A stretch of DNA of 64,000 nt from Desulfomonilia bacterium. Lineage in GTDB: Bacteria > Desulfobacterota > Desulfomonilia > UBA1062. The stretch lies in contig JBEKDT010000001.1 of assembly GCA_050014195.1 (NCBI GenBank), positions 224,001 to 288,000 of the forward strand, read 5' to 3'. Positions 29,564 through 39,741 of the stretch are shown here, piece after piece (positions within the stretch are counted from its first letter, which is position 1; every line of letters starts with the position of its first letter). The notes beneath the pieces are model-generated. The model was not told the origin of the DNA and did not search any database. It worked only from the letters and a program-made list of their open reading frames with translations. Made by a program: the position numbers and the translations under genes.

Positions 29564-31048
29564 ATGCACGTGGAAGATGTGAACCGGCTCATACGCCAGC
29601 GGATCGAGAAGTTCGAACAATTGAAGCGGGAATCGCTCGTTAAGCATTTCCCCAATACGTATAGGAAAGACACCGATGTTTCTGCCTATATCTCTCTCTA
29701 TCAAGATCGAAACGCCGAGGAACTCCTTGCAATACAAGATGTTCATTGCCTTGCGGGCAGGATCATTGCAGCCCGTAAATTCGGCAAGGCCTCCTTCATC
29801 CACTTCTTGGACGGCACGGGCAAGCTCCAGGCCTTCTTCGAAGAGGCAAAGCTCGGCAAGGATGCCTACGCGCTCTTCAAGAGGCTCGATATCGGCGACA
29901 TCATCGGCCTGTGGGGCACACCCGTCAAGACCAAGACGGGAGAGCTTAGCGTCTACGTGCAGGGTTTCGAGCTGCTCACAAAGTCTTTCAGGCCTCTGCC
30001 TGAGAAGTGGCACGGCCTGAAAGACGTGGAGACCAGGTACCGCCAGCGTTATGTCGATCTCATCGTCTCACCCGAGGTGAAGCAGACCTTCCTGACTCGG
30101 ACCAGGATCATCACCTCGCTTCGCCGATACATGGACTCATTTTCCTTCATCGAGGTGGAGACGCCCATGATGCAGAGCATTCCCGGAGGGGCAACGGCAA
30201 AGCCGTTCCTTACGCACCATAACGCGCTGGACATGGATCTGTACCTGAGGATCGCACCCGAGCTTTACCTCAAGAGGCTCATGGTAGGCGGCTTCGAGCG
30301 GGTCTACGAGATCAACCGCAACTTCCGCAATGAGGGCATCTCAACCAGGCATAATCCAGAGTTCACCATGATGGAATTCTACATGGCATATGCCGACTAT
30401 TCAGACCTCATGGCCTTCACAGAGGATATGATCTCGACGGTGGCCAAGGAAGTGCTGGGAACAACCGTCATTACCTACCAGGGTGCCACCATTGATCTGA
30501 CTCCGCCCTGGAAGCGCCATACCCTGAAGGCCGCCGCCTGTGAGATAGGGGGCGTCGTCCCTGAGGTCCTGGAGGATCTCAACAAGGCCAGGGCCTTCTG
30601 CAGGAACGCCGGCATCGAACTTCAAGGAGACGAATCCTTAGGCGATCTCCAGCTCATCATCTTCGAGACCGCTGCTGAAGACAAACTCATTGATCCTACA
30701 TTTATCACCTCCTATCCCACCGAGGTCTCTCCGCTCTCAAGGAAGAACAACGACGACCCGAGCATAGTCGACCGCTTTGAGCTCTACATCGCTGGCCGCG
30801 AGATTGCGAATGCCTTCAGCGAGCTGAATGACCCCCTCGACCAGAGAGAGCGTTTCGTAGAGCAGGTCCGAAAGAAGGAAGGGCCATCGGAAGTCGATGA
30901 GGATTATATCAGGGCACTTGAGTACGGCATGGCACCTGCTGCAGGTGAAGGCATCGGCATCGACCGGCTCGTTATGCTTTTGACGGATAGCCCTTCCATC
31001 AGGGACGTCATCCTCTTCCCCCTGCTTCGAAAAGGAGAGTCATCCTGA
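29564..31048 (+). CDS. lysS: Lysyl-tRNA synthetase, class II
   Basis: [48 protein letters not shown]. Confidence 0.97.
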   Translation: MHVEDVNRLIRQRIEKFEQLKRESLVKHFPNTYRKDTDVSAYISLYQDRNAEELLAIQDVHCLAGRIIAARKFGKASFIHFLDGTGKLQAFFEEAKLGKDAYALFKRLDIGDIIGLWGTPVKTKTGELSVYVQGFELLTKSFRPLPEKWHGLKDVETRYRQRYVDLIVSPEVKQTFLTRTRIITSLRRYMDSFSFIEVETPMMQSIPGGATAKPFLTHHNALDMDLYLRIAPELYLKRLMVGGFERVYEINRNFRNEGISTRHNPEFTMMEFYMAYADYSDLMAFTEDMISTVAKEVLGTTVITYQGATIDLTPPWKRHTLKAAACEIGGVVPEVLEDLNKARAFCRNAGIELQGDESLGDLQLIIFETAAEDKLIDPTFITSYPTEVSPLSRKNNDDPSIVDRFELYIAGREIANAFSELNDPLDQRERFVEQVRKKEGPSEVDEDYIRALEYGMAPAAGEGIGIDRLVMLLTDSPSIRDVILFPLLRKGESS

Positions 31049-32277
31049 GATTCGAGTTCATCGTTGCCAAGAAATATCTCCGGGCCAAGAAGAGCCAGGG
31101 CTTCATCAGCTTTACTTCCGGTCTGTCCGTGGTAGGCATAGCCATCGGCGTCATGGCGCTGATCGTAGTCCTTTCCGTGATGAACGGCTTTGAGAATGAC
31201 ATCACGACCAAGCTCTTGGGCACACAGTCTCATATCGTCATCTCCAATTACAAGGGCGGCATCAGCGATCCGAAGGCAGTAATGGATGTTGCAATGAAAG
31301 TAACAGGGGTTGTGGCTGCCACCCCTTTTATCCTTTCCCAGGGTCTTGTTTCAGCACCCGGAGGGATATCCGGGGTTGTTATCAGAGGAATAGATCCTGA
31401 AAGCGCCTCTCAGGTCATCCGCCTGAAAGATATCATTTCTCACGGCACGAGCAGACTGGATAATACGGGTGTTTTGGTGGGCTCAGAGCTGGCCGCCTCA
31501 TCCGGCCTCACAGTGGGTGATGCCGTGACGCTGATCTCTCCCATGGGCACCATAACCCCCTTGGGTATGATCCCCAAGTCCATGACCTTTATTGTCCGGG
31601 GCATCTTCTCCACAGGCATGTATGAATTTGACAGCAACATGGTCTACATCTCGCTTGCAGCGGCCAAAAAACTGTTCATGCTGGACATGGCTTCAGGCGT
31701 TGAGATCAAGGTAGCCGATATCTACCAGGCCGAAACCATATCCAAGACCATCCTTAAAAACCTGAAAGAAGGTTTCTGGGCAAAGACATGGAAGGACATG
31801 AACAGGAGCCTCTTCTCCGCACTGAGGCTTGAGAAGACCATCATGTTCATCATCCTGCTTTTCATCATCCTGGTTGCCGCATTCAGCATCATCAGCACAC
31901 TCATCATGATGGTCATGGAGAAGCGCAAAGAGATTGCAATTTTAAAGTCCATGGGGGCCACTACCGAGCAGATTCTGAAAATCTTCATCACGGTCGGCAT
32001 GACCATCGGCATCACAGGTACAGCCGTGGGACTCGTGCTGGGACTCCTGCTCACCTACAACCTGAATGCCGTTGTGGCTGCCGTTGAATTCGTCTTTCAT
32101 ATCCAAGTCATGCCCAAAGACGTGTACTACATCACGGGCCTGCCCACCAAGGTCGATGCCCTTGAGGTAACCCTCATCGCGGTGGCATCGGTGCTGCTGT
32201 CGTTCTTCGCCACCATATACCCTGCCAGACAGGCCGCAAAACAAGACCCTGTGGAGGTAATCCGTTATGAAGGATGA
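31045..32277 (+). CDS. Lipoprotein-releasing ABC permease LolC/E; probable CTG start
   Basis: In-frame (L/M)[16 protein letters not shown]-terminus, [24 protein letters not shown]; AAGGAG 7 nt before CTG. Confidence 0.9.
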   Translation: MRFEFIVAKKYLRAKKSQGFISFTSGLSVVGIAIGVMALIVVLSVMNGFENDITTKLLGTQSHIVISNYKGGISDPKAVMDVAMKVTGVVAATPFILSQGLVSAPGGISGVVIRGIDPESASQVIRLKDIISHGTSRLDNTGVLVGSELAASSGLTVGDAVTLISPMGTITPLGMIPKSMTFIVRGIFSTGMYEFDSNMVYISLAAAKKLFMLDMASGVEIKVADIYQAETISKTILKNLKEGFWAKTWKDMNRSLFSALRLEKTIMFIILLFIILVAAFSIISTLIMMVMEKRKEIAILKSMGATTEQILKIFITVGMTIGITGTAVGLVLGLLLTYNLNAVVAAVEFVFHIQVMPKDVYYITGLPTKVDALEVTLIAVASVLLSFFATIYPARQAAKQDPVEVIRYEG

Positions 32278-32956
32278 GCTTGTTCTCACCGTAGAGGACC
32301 TCCACAAGTCCTTTCACAAAGGACCTGAGGTTATTGAGGTGCTCAAGGGTGTGAACATTGATGTGCACCAGGCGGAAGGCATCGCAATTGTGGGGGCTTC
32401 AGGATCGGGTAAAAGCACATTGCTGCATCTGCTCGGGGGCTTGGAAAAGCCTGATTCAGGTAGCATCGTCTATGGGGACAGTAACATCTCCACCATGAAG
32501 GAGCGCGAGATTGCCCAATTCAGGAATAAAAAGATCGGATTTGTATTCCAGTTCCACTATCTGCTGCCCGAGTTTACGGCATTGGAGAATGTGATGGTCC
32601 CGGCACTGCTTTCCTCAAAGATGTCCCGCCGGATCAGAGAGCGTTCCGTCGAGCTGCTCGATGTGGTGGGGCTTGCAGACCGCAGGAAACACAAGCCCGG
32701 GGAGCTCTCGGGGGGCGAGCAGCAGAGAGTCGCCATCGCGCGGGCCCTTATGATGTCACCCGGGATCCTCCTGGCCGACGAGCCTACCGGCGACCTTGAT
32801 CCGGAGACCGGTCACAAGGTCATCGAACTCTTCTCAGGGCTCAAAACAAAGCTCTGTGTCACCTTAATAATTGCCACACATAATATGGAACTCGCCCATA
32901 CCATGGATAAGGTACTTGTGCTGAAAGGGGGTCACCTTGAACCAACTGCACAGTAG
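32267..32956 (+). CDS. lolD: Lipoprotein-releasing ABC ATPase
   Basis: [35 protein letters not shown]. Confidence 0.92.
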   Translation: MKDELVLTVEDLHKSFHKGPEVIEVLKGVNIDVHQAEGIAIVGASGSGKSTLLHLLGGLEKPDSGSIVYGDSNISTMKEREIAQFRNKKIGFVFQFHYLLPEFTALENVMVPALLSSKMSRRIRERSVELLDVVGLADRRKHKPGELSGGEQQRVAIARALMMSPGILLADEPTGDLDPETGHKVIELFSGLKTKLCVTLIIATHNMELAHTMDKVLVLKGGHLEPTAQ

Positions 32957-35369
32957 GGTTCTGATCTTCTTCGCCCTCTTTATGCTCCTGTCCGCTTCAG
33001 CATCTGCAGATCAGTATCTTGTGATGACGCACGATCGGGCCATATCTGAATATCTCGCCGATGTCCCCTGTATTACCTTCTCCGACACTGCACCTACAGA
33101 ACTTTCTCTCGAACACAAGGAGGGGGTCTACCGCGTTACGGACGACAAAGGAGTGGGATACAGTGCAGCTACTCTAGCAGATGCCGCAGACGGTTACCTG
33201 CGGCTCAAAGGCGTGTGTGTGATCAAGGATGTAACCATCAAGGGCTATTCGCGCATAAGCGCAGACGCAATAAGGTTCCGTATCAAAACCGCCAAGGGTG
33301 ATATCCTCCATAAAAATGCCACGAGAAAGGACATCGAGGAGATCTATTCCATGGGATACTTCGAGAAGTGCGATGCCACATTTGAGGACAACGCCGTGGT
33401 CTTTCTCGTGAATGAGTATCCCATCATCATCAAGATCGAGGTCAAGGGCAATAAAGAAATCAAGGAGAAGGACATCCTGGATGCCATCGGACTGAAAAAG
33501 TTCGATATCTTAAATACCAGGCTGTTAAAGACAAGCATCGACCGTATCAAAGGGCTCTATCGCGAGAGGGGTTATTATAAGGTTGATGTCAAGTCCGAGA
33601 CGAATACCACGGAAGGAGGGATTAACCTCACCTTCACCGTGTCTGAGAACAAGCAGCTCTACATCAAGGAGATCACCTTTGACGGAAACGAGCATCTATC
33701 CTCCCGAAAGATCAAAGGCGCCATTGAGACCTCGACCCGCTGGCCGCTGGGTATTTTCAGCCACGAGGGCACATACCAGGACAGCGTGCTCGACACCGAC
33801 CTGCTCCGGATCGAACAGTTCTACGCAGACAACGGCTACATGCAGGTTAAAGTAGGCAGGCCCAAGATCGATATCAAGGAAGACGACGGCATCTATATCT
33901 CCATACCCATCTCGGAAGGGCCGCTCTTTACCGTCGGCACAATCGATGTGGCAGGAGACCTCATCCTGCCCAAAAAAAATCTATACGCAAAGATCGACCT
34001 CAAGCCCGGGGATGTCATGAGCAAGAGCAAGGTCCAGCAGAGCATTGAACACCTGCGGGACATCTACATGGACAAGGGGTACGCCTATGTCCAGATCAAA
34101 CCCGAGAGCACTGAGGAGGGAGAAAACAAGATCGGGCTGACCTTCCATATCACCCAGGGTAAACCCGTTACCATCGACTCGATTCAGATCAAGGGCAACA
34201 CCAAGACCAGGGACAAGGTCATCAGGCGGGAGCTCGAGGTGGAGGAAGGCAAGCTTTTCTCCTCCACGGCCATCAAGGAGAGCAAAGACAACCTTAATCG
34301 GCTCGGATTTTTCAAGTCCACCAATATCGATCCGGTGCCTAAAAACGATGAAAACACGTCGCTGCTGGTGGATGTAGAAGAGACAACCACCGGCTCATTC
34401 TCATTTGGAGCTGCTTACTCCTCCCAGGACGGCCCCATGGGAACCCTTGGTTTGAGTGAGATGAATCTGATGGGCCTCGGCCTGAAGAGCAAGGCAAACG
34501 TAGAATACGGTCCAAAAATAAGGAATTTCACGTTGGACTTTGAGGAGCCCTGGGTCTTCGACCATCCGGTATCGCTTGGTGAACTTCTTTACAACACAAA
34601 AAGGGATTACCTCTACTATACAGAAGAGTCCAGAGGCGGGAATATACGCTTAAGTTACCCTTTCTATGAGAAGATCCGTCACTCTATCATATATTCCTAC
34701 AATGATGTCGTGGGGCTTACCGACATCAATGCAAGCTACCGGCCTTCTCTGACCACGCAGGATATCGAGGGTGGAACCACGAGCAGCATCACAAACAGCC
34801 TTTATCGGGACACCACCAACGACTATTTCCGTCCGACACAAGGTTCCAATCTAAATGTGTCATATGAGTATGCCGGGTTAGGCGGTACATATCACTTCAC
34901 CCGGGCCACCGCATCCGCTGCACAGTTCTTTCCCCTCTGGACCGACAAACTCGCCTTGATGTTGAAACTGAGATGGGGTACAGTAAATCCCATCCGTGGC
35001 GATGACCTCCCTGAATATGAGCGATTCATCCTCGGTGGTTTGAATAGCATTCGAGGCTTCAAATCCGGCCAGATCGGCCCGAGAGACAGCCTGGGTAACA
35101 TCCTGGGGGGAAGGCTCATGGCGATAATGAACATCGAGGTCACTTTCCCTCTTGGTCCGATTCCCGGTCTCTATGGTGTTATCTTCCATGATGAGGGTAA
35201 TGGCTATGAGAAACGCATCGACCTGACGGACCTTAAAAAGTCCTACGGTGCAGGCATCAGGTGGGTGACGCCTATGGGACCGTTGCGGATAGAGTATGCA
35301 AAGGTCATCAACCCCGCGTCTGACGAATCTCCGTCACGGTGGGATTTCACCGTCGGGACTTTTTTCTAG
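32937..35369 (+). CDS. bamA: Outer membrane protein assembly factor
   Basis: POTRA repeats (GNTKTRDKVIRRE), IRGF motif, WVTPMGPL, terminal F. Confidence 0.93.
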   Translation: MNQLHSRVLIFFALFMLLSASASADQYLVMTHDRAISEYLADVPCITFSDTAPTELSLEHKEGVYRVTDDKGVGYSAATLADAADGYLRLKGVCVIKDVTIKGYSRISADAIRFRIKTAKGDILHKNATRKDIEEIYSMGYFEKCDATFEDNAVVFLVNEYPIIIKIEVKGNKEIKEKDILDAIGLKKFDILNTRLLKTSIDRIKGLYRERGYYKVDVKSETNTTEGGINLTFTVSENKQLYIKEITFDGNEHLSSRKIKGAIETSTRWPLGIFSHEGTYQDSVLDTDLLRIEQFYADNGYMQVKVGRPKIDIKEDDGIYISIPISEGPLFTVGTIDVAGDLILPKKNLYAKIDLKPGDVMSKSKVQQSIEHLRDIYMDKGYAYVQIKPESTEEGENKIGLTFHITQGKPVTIDSIQIKGNTKTRDKVIRRELEVEEGKLFSSTAIKESKDNLNRLGFFKSTNIDPVPKNDENTSLLVDVEETTTGSFSFGAAYSSQDGPMGTLGLSEMNLMGLGLKSKANVEYGPKIRNFTLDFEEPWVFDHPVSLGELLYNTKRDYLYYTEESRGGNIRLSYPFYEKIRHSIIYSYNDVVGLTDINASYRPSLTTQDIEGGTTSSITNSLYRDTTNDYFRPTQGSNLNVSYEYAGLGGTYHFTRATASAAQFFPLWTDKLALMLKLRWGTVNPIRGDDLPEYERFILGGLNSIRGFKSGQIGPRDSLGNILGGRLMAIMNIEVTFPLGPIPGLYGVIFHDEGNGYEKRIDLTDLKKSYGAGIRWVTPMGPLRIEYAKVINPASDESPSRWDFTVGTFF

Positions 35370-35404
35370 GATTTTTAAGAATAAACTCTTAAAGAGGAGT
35401 ATAT

Positions 35405-35944
35405 ATGAAAAGAATTATAGCTTTTTTTACAGCCTGCTTCATCTTCAGTATGTCGGGCCCGCTTATGGCCCTGGACACGAAAATTGCCTATATCGACTCG
35501 CAGAAGATTCTTTATGAATCTCAGGCGGGCAAGGAGGCATACAAGCAACTCAGTGCGATGAAGGATCAGAGGGCTGCTGAGCTCGAGAAGAAGCAGGAGA
35601 AGCTCAAGGCCATGAACGAGCAGCTTCAGGCAAAGTCAGCCACCATGTCAACGGCGGCCCGAGATGATATGGAGGCGAAATATGACAAGGAGCTCAAGGA
35701 ATACAACCGCACACTCAAGGATGCCCAGGACGATCTTAAGCGCAAGGAAATGGAATTCTTAAAGCCTTTCAGCAAGGATCTCGATGAGATCATCAAGACC
35801 TACAGCGAGAAGAACGGAATCGATATCGTCCTTGACAAACAGAACCCAGCCGTTGTCTATGCAGCCCCCAAGATCGACATCACAAGCCAGATCATAACTG
35901 CGTTTGATAAGCGCAATCAGGAAAAGAAAGGAAAGACAAAGTAA
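35405..35944 (+). CDS. skp: Periplasmic chaperone Skp/OmpH
   Basis: KIAYID.QKI...S.AGK, coiled coil, DIT; follows bamA. Confidence 0.9.
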   Translation: MKRIIAFFTACFIFSMSGPLMALDTKIAYIDSQKILYESQAGKEAYKQLSAMKDQRAAELEKKQEKLKAMNEQLQAKSATMSTAARDDMEAKYDKELKEYNRTLKDAQDDLKRKEMEFLKPFSKDLDEIIKTYSEKNGIDIVLDKQNPAVVYAAPKIDITSQIITAFDKRNQEKKGKTK

Positions 35945-35953
35945 GAGAAACCC

Positions 35954-36964
35954 ATGCTGCTGTCCAGGCTTGTAGAGCTTCTTGGCGGGACCTTACAGGG
36001 TAAAGACAGGGAAATCACCGGCGCATGCACCCTGGAGGAGGCCTCTGCCGATGACATAACTTTCCTGGCCAATCCCAGGTATAAGGGCCAGGTGAAGGAT
36101 ACCAAGGCCGGTGCCGTCATAGTTCAGGAAACCCTCGATCTGCCCATTTCCCAGATCAGAGCCGAGAATGCTTATCTCTATTTCGCCCGGGTCTTGCACC
36201 TCATCTACCCGGAAAAGCCTGTACGCCCAGGTATATCAAAGATGGCCTATGTCCACCCCGAAGCACAAGTACATCCGGGTGCCTGCATCGAAGCGCACGT
36301 ATATGTGGGTGCCAAGGCTCGCATCTTCGAGAACAGCGTGATCTATCCGGGCTGCTTCATCGGGGAGGAGGCCTCGATAGGCGAGCACACAATTCTGTAT
36401 CCCAATGTCGTCGTCTATGACGGGTGCACCATCGGCAGGCACTGTAACATACATGCAGGTGTCGTCATCGGTTCCGACGGGTTCGGCTTTGCATGGGACG
36501 GGAAGCGCCACGTTAAAGTGCCCCAGAAGGGGATCGTTATTATCGGCGACCACGTGGAGATAGGCAGCAACTGTACTATCGACCGTGCAGCACTCACCAG
36601 CACCAGGATCGGGTCGGATGTGAAGATGGACAACCTTGTGCAGATCGGCCATAACGTGGTGGTAGGCGACCATACCATCATCGTCGCCCAGACGGGCATA
36701 TCAGGCAGCGCCCGCATAGGCGCGGGTGTAATTCTGGCCGGTCAGTGCGGTGTGGCAGGCCACATAACCATCGGCGATGGTGTGACTGCAGCGGCCCGTA
36801 CCGGCATTGCCGCAGACATACCCGCCGGCAAGGTGATTTCGGGCTTCCCTGCCATGGACCATAGACACTGGCTCAGGGTCCAGAAGGTCTACAAGGATCT
36901 GCCGGAACTCTTAAAACGTGTTCGCGAGTTGGAAAGAAAGGTAAATGAACTTGCCAAAGATTGA
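35954..36964 (+). CDS. lpxD: UDP-3-O-acyl-glucosamine N-acyltransferase
   Basis: Hexapeptide repeats, IGSDGFGF, TIDR, DNLVQIGHNV. Confidence 0.95.
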   Translation: MLLSRLVELLGGTLQGKDREITGACTLEEASADDITFLANPRYKGQVKDTKAGAVIVQETLDLPISQIRAENAYLYFARVLHLIYPEKPVRPGISKMAYVHPEAQVHPGACIEAHVYVGAKARIFENSVIYPGCFIGEEASIGEHTILYPNVVVYDGCTIGRHCNIHAGVVIGSDGFGFAWDGKRHVKVPQKGIVIIGDHVEIGSNCTIDRAALTSTRIGSDVKMDNLVQIGHNVVVGDHTIIVAQTGISGSARIGAGVILAGQCGVAGHITIGDGVTAAARTGIAADIPAGKVISGFPAMDHRHWLRVQKVYKDLPELLKRVRELERKVNELAKD

Positions 36965-37727
36965 CCCGACTGCTCGTATATCTCCAAAAGCTATCCTGGC
37001 CGAGAATGTGACCATCGGCCCTTACACGGTTGTGGGAGACAACGTAGAGTTCGGTGAGGGGACTGTTGTCGGCCCCCACTGTATGATCGAAGGCCCCACC
37101 GTTATCGGCAAAGGGTGCATATTCACGGGTTATGCCAGCATCGGCACCCCACCCCAGGACCATTCGTACAAGGGCGAGGAAACCCGCCTTGAGATCGGTG
37201 ACGGCAACACATTCCGTGAATTTGTGACCGTAAACAGGGGCACAACCAAAGACCGCGGCGTAACCAGCATAGGCAGCCATAACCTAATCATGGCCTACTG
37301 CCATGTAGCCCACGATTGTGTAGTCGGCAGCCATGTGGTCATGGGGAATCTGGCCACGCTCGCAGGTCATGTGGAGATCCAGGACAATGCCATCTTCGGC
37401 GGCATGTCGGCAATCCATCAGTTTACTCGTGTGGGAACTTATGCCTTCGTGGGCGGCGGATCCAGGGTGAGCCTGGACATCGTGCCCTTTGCCAAGGCCT
37501 CGGGAGATAGGGCGACACTCTACGGAGTGAACACCATCGGACTCAAGAGAAACGGTTTTAGCAAGGAGCACATCACACGGATTGAAAAGGCCTTCCGGAT
37601 CCTGTTTAAACAGGGCCTGCTCTTGAAAGACGCCTTACGCGTGCTGGAACAAGAATTTCCTGACTCTATTGAGATCATCCGGCTGGTAACCTTCCTCAAA
37701 TCGACCCGCAGGGGGATCGCCAGGTGA
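36945..37727 (+). CDS. lpxA: UDP-N-acetylglucosamine acyltransferase
   Basis: PQD, REFVTVNRGT, HVAHDC, LAGHV, HQF. Confidence 0.95.
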   Translation: MNLPKIDPTARISPKAILAENVTIGPYTVVGDNVEFGEGTVVGPHCMIEGPTVIGKGCIFTGYASIGTPPQDHSYKGEETRLEIGDGNTFREFVTVNRGTTKDRGVTSIGSHNLIMAYCHVAHDCVVGSHVVMGNLATLAGHVEIQDNAIFGGMSAIHQFTRVGTYAFVGGGSRVSLDIVPFAKASGDRATLYGVNTIGLKRNGFSKEHITRIEKAFRILFKQGLLLKDALRVLEQEFPDSIEIIRLVTFLKSTRRGIAR

Positions 37728-38653
37728 AGGCGAACAAGCTCAAGGTCGCAGTGATCGGGGTGGGCTACCTGGGGAGATTTCATGCCCAGAAATTCGCTTC
37801 CATGGAAAATGTTGAGCTTGTCGGTGTGGTGGACATCAACAAGTCCAGGGCGGAAGAGGTGGCCCGTGAGGTGGGCACAATCCCTTCCACCACTATAGAT
37901 ACCCTAGGCCCCCTCGATGCCGTCAGCATTGCAGTGCCCACGTCATCCCATGCAGAGGTGGCCATACCCCTGCTGGAACAAGGGATCGCAGTACTGCTGG
38001 AGAAACCGATAGCAGGGAGTCTTGACGATGCCGCTTCCATCATCGATGCCTCCCACACAGGTGGAGCCATCCTCCAGATCGGCCACCTGGAACGGTTCAA
38101 CCCGGCATTACTTGAGCTGAGAGGAAGCATCACACAGCCCATGTTCATAGAGGCGCATCGCATCAGTCCGTTCAGGGCCCGAGGAACGGATGTCGATGTG
38201 GTCCTGGATATCATGATACACGACCTGGATATCATATTGTCCCTGGTGGATTCCGAGGTGGCCTCCCTGGAGGCCGTAGGCGTGCCCGTGTTGACGGATT
38301 CGGTGGACATTGCAAACGCCAGGTTGCGCTTCAAATCCGGCTGTATCGCCAACATAACGGCCAGCAGGGTGAGCGCGGATGTGATGCGCAAGATCAGGAT
38401 CTTCCAGCCTGACTCCTACATTTCACTGGATTTTGCCAAGGCCAAGGTGGATGTCTATACCTTAAGTGAGACCAGGCAGATCCAGCACAAGCACCTTGCC
38501 ATATCCGAATCGGACGCATTGGCCTCCGAGATCCGCTCCTTTGTCGATGCAGTACTTCATGGCGGTTCCGTCATGGTGGACGGGACTGCAGGGCTCAGGG
38601 CTCTTAAAATGGCCTATGCCGTGAAAGATGCCCTGATCGTACCTAAAAAATGA
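37724..38653 (+). CDS. Gfo/Idh/MocA oxidoreductase, GnnA-like (UDP-GlcNAc 3-dehydrogenase candidate)
   Basis: GVGYLG, EKP, GHLERFNP, DVVLDIMIHDLD; located between lpxA and lpxB. Confidence 0.8.
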   Translation: MKANKLKVAVIGVGYLGRFHAQKFASMENVELVGVVDINKSRAEEVAREVGTIPSTTIDTLGPLDAVSIAVPTSSHAEVAIPLLEQGIAVLLEKPIAGSLDDAASIIDASHTGGAILQIGHLERFNPALLELRGSITQPMFIEAHRISPFRARGTDVDVVLDIMIHDLDIILSLVDSEVASLEAVGVPVLTDSVDIANARLRFKSGCIANITASRVSADVMRKIRIFQPDSYISLDFAKAKVDVYTLSETRQIQHKHLAISESDALASEIRSFVDAVLHGGSVMVDGTAGLRALKMAYAVKDALIVPKK

Positions 38654-39741
38654 CAGCACAAAGAATCCTCATGGTGGCGGGCGAGGCAAGTGCGGACCGG
38701 CATGCTGCTTGCGTGATAAGGGCCGTCAAACAACTCATACCCGACTCTGAGATCTTCGGCATGGGCGGCCCGGAGATGGCCGGGGCCGGTATGCAATGCA
38801 TCTTCAGTATGGACGAGCTTTCCGTCATGGGTTTCACGGATGTCATCCCGAAGATCCGAAGGATCTTTAAGATCTATACCGGGATTAAACGGCTCATGGA
38901 GGAGAAGAGACCTGAGCTCTTCATACCGGTGGACCTGCCGGATTTCAACATGCGCTTGGCCAGGCATGCCAAAATCAGAGGGTTAAGGGTGCTTTACTAC
39001 ATAGCACCCCAGGCATGGGCATGGAGGAGTTCCCGGTCCAGGACGATGGCCAGGGTCACCGATGGCCTGGCCGTGATATTCCCCTTTGAGGAGCGTTTCT
39101 TCACCTCCTATGGAGTGAACACACGGTATGTGGGCCACCCCTTCCTGGAAGAACTGGATCTTTCATGGAAGGCATCATGGCCGCCAAGACGCATAGGGAT
39201 CATGCCAGGCAGCAGGTATCATGAAATCATAAGGATCCTTCCCGTGATGATGGCTGCCAAGCGCCGCATCGAGGAAAGACATCCGGAGCTCTCCTGGCAC
39301 CTGAGAGTGGCGCCGGGGCTTGATTCAAACGACATCAATGCCCTGGTAGATAAGAATGTTCAGCTCGAAAGCGGCTTAGCCGAAGTGGACCTCGCCATGG
39401 TGAAATCCGGTACCTCTTCTTTAGAGATGGCACTTCAAGGCGTGCCCGAGGTCATCTGCTACAAGACATCGCCGTTGAACTACCTCCTTGCACGGACCTT
39501 CGTAAAGATCGCAAACATCGGAATGCCCAATATCATCGCAGGCAAGAAAATCGTCCCCGAGCTCATCCAGAACCATCTTACGTCGGAAGACCTCGCCCGA
39601 ACGATCCTCTTATACCTGGAAGAGAAGTCTTTATTTGAAGCGACACAGAGATCCTTTGGAGAGTTGCGGGAGTCGTTGGGGACCATGAAGGCGTCCAAAG
39701 GAGTAGCCATGTGGTCACAGGAACTTATGGAGGGGGCATGA
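38650..39741 (+). CDS. lpxB: Lipid-A-disaccharide synthase
   Basis: AGEASAD, DLPDFN, PQAWAWR, YVGHP, PGSR, SGT..LE, PELIQ. Confidence 0.95.
   Translation: MTAQRILMVAGEASADRHAACVIRAVKQLIPDSEIFGMGGPEMAGAGMQCIFSMDELSVMGFTDVIPKIRRIFKIYTGIKRLMEEKRPELFIPVDLPDFNMRLARHAKIRGLRVLYYIAPQAWAWRSSRSRTMARVTDGLAVIFPFEERFFTSYGVNTRYVGHPFLEELDLSWKASWPPRRIGIMPGSRYHEIIRILPVMMAAKRRIEERHPELSWHLRVAPGLDSNDINALVDKNVQLESGLAEVDLAMVKSGTSSLEMALQGVPEVICYKTSPLNYLLARTFVKIANIGMPNIIAGKKIVPELIQNHLTSEDLARTILLYLEEKSLFEATQRSFGELRESLGTMKASKGVAMWSQELMEGA

Noticed and set aside
29441-30013. 190-aa ORF antisense to lysS, and similar long antisense ORFs over livG/livF, msbA and the lpxL genes
   Set aside because: Codon-bias shadows of well-supported genes on the other strand.
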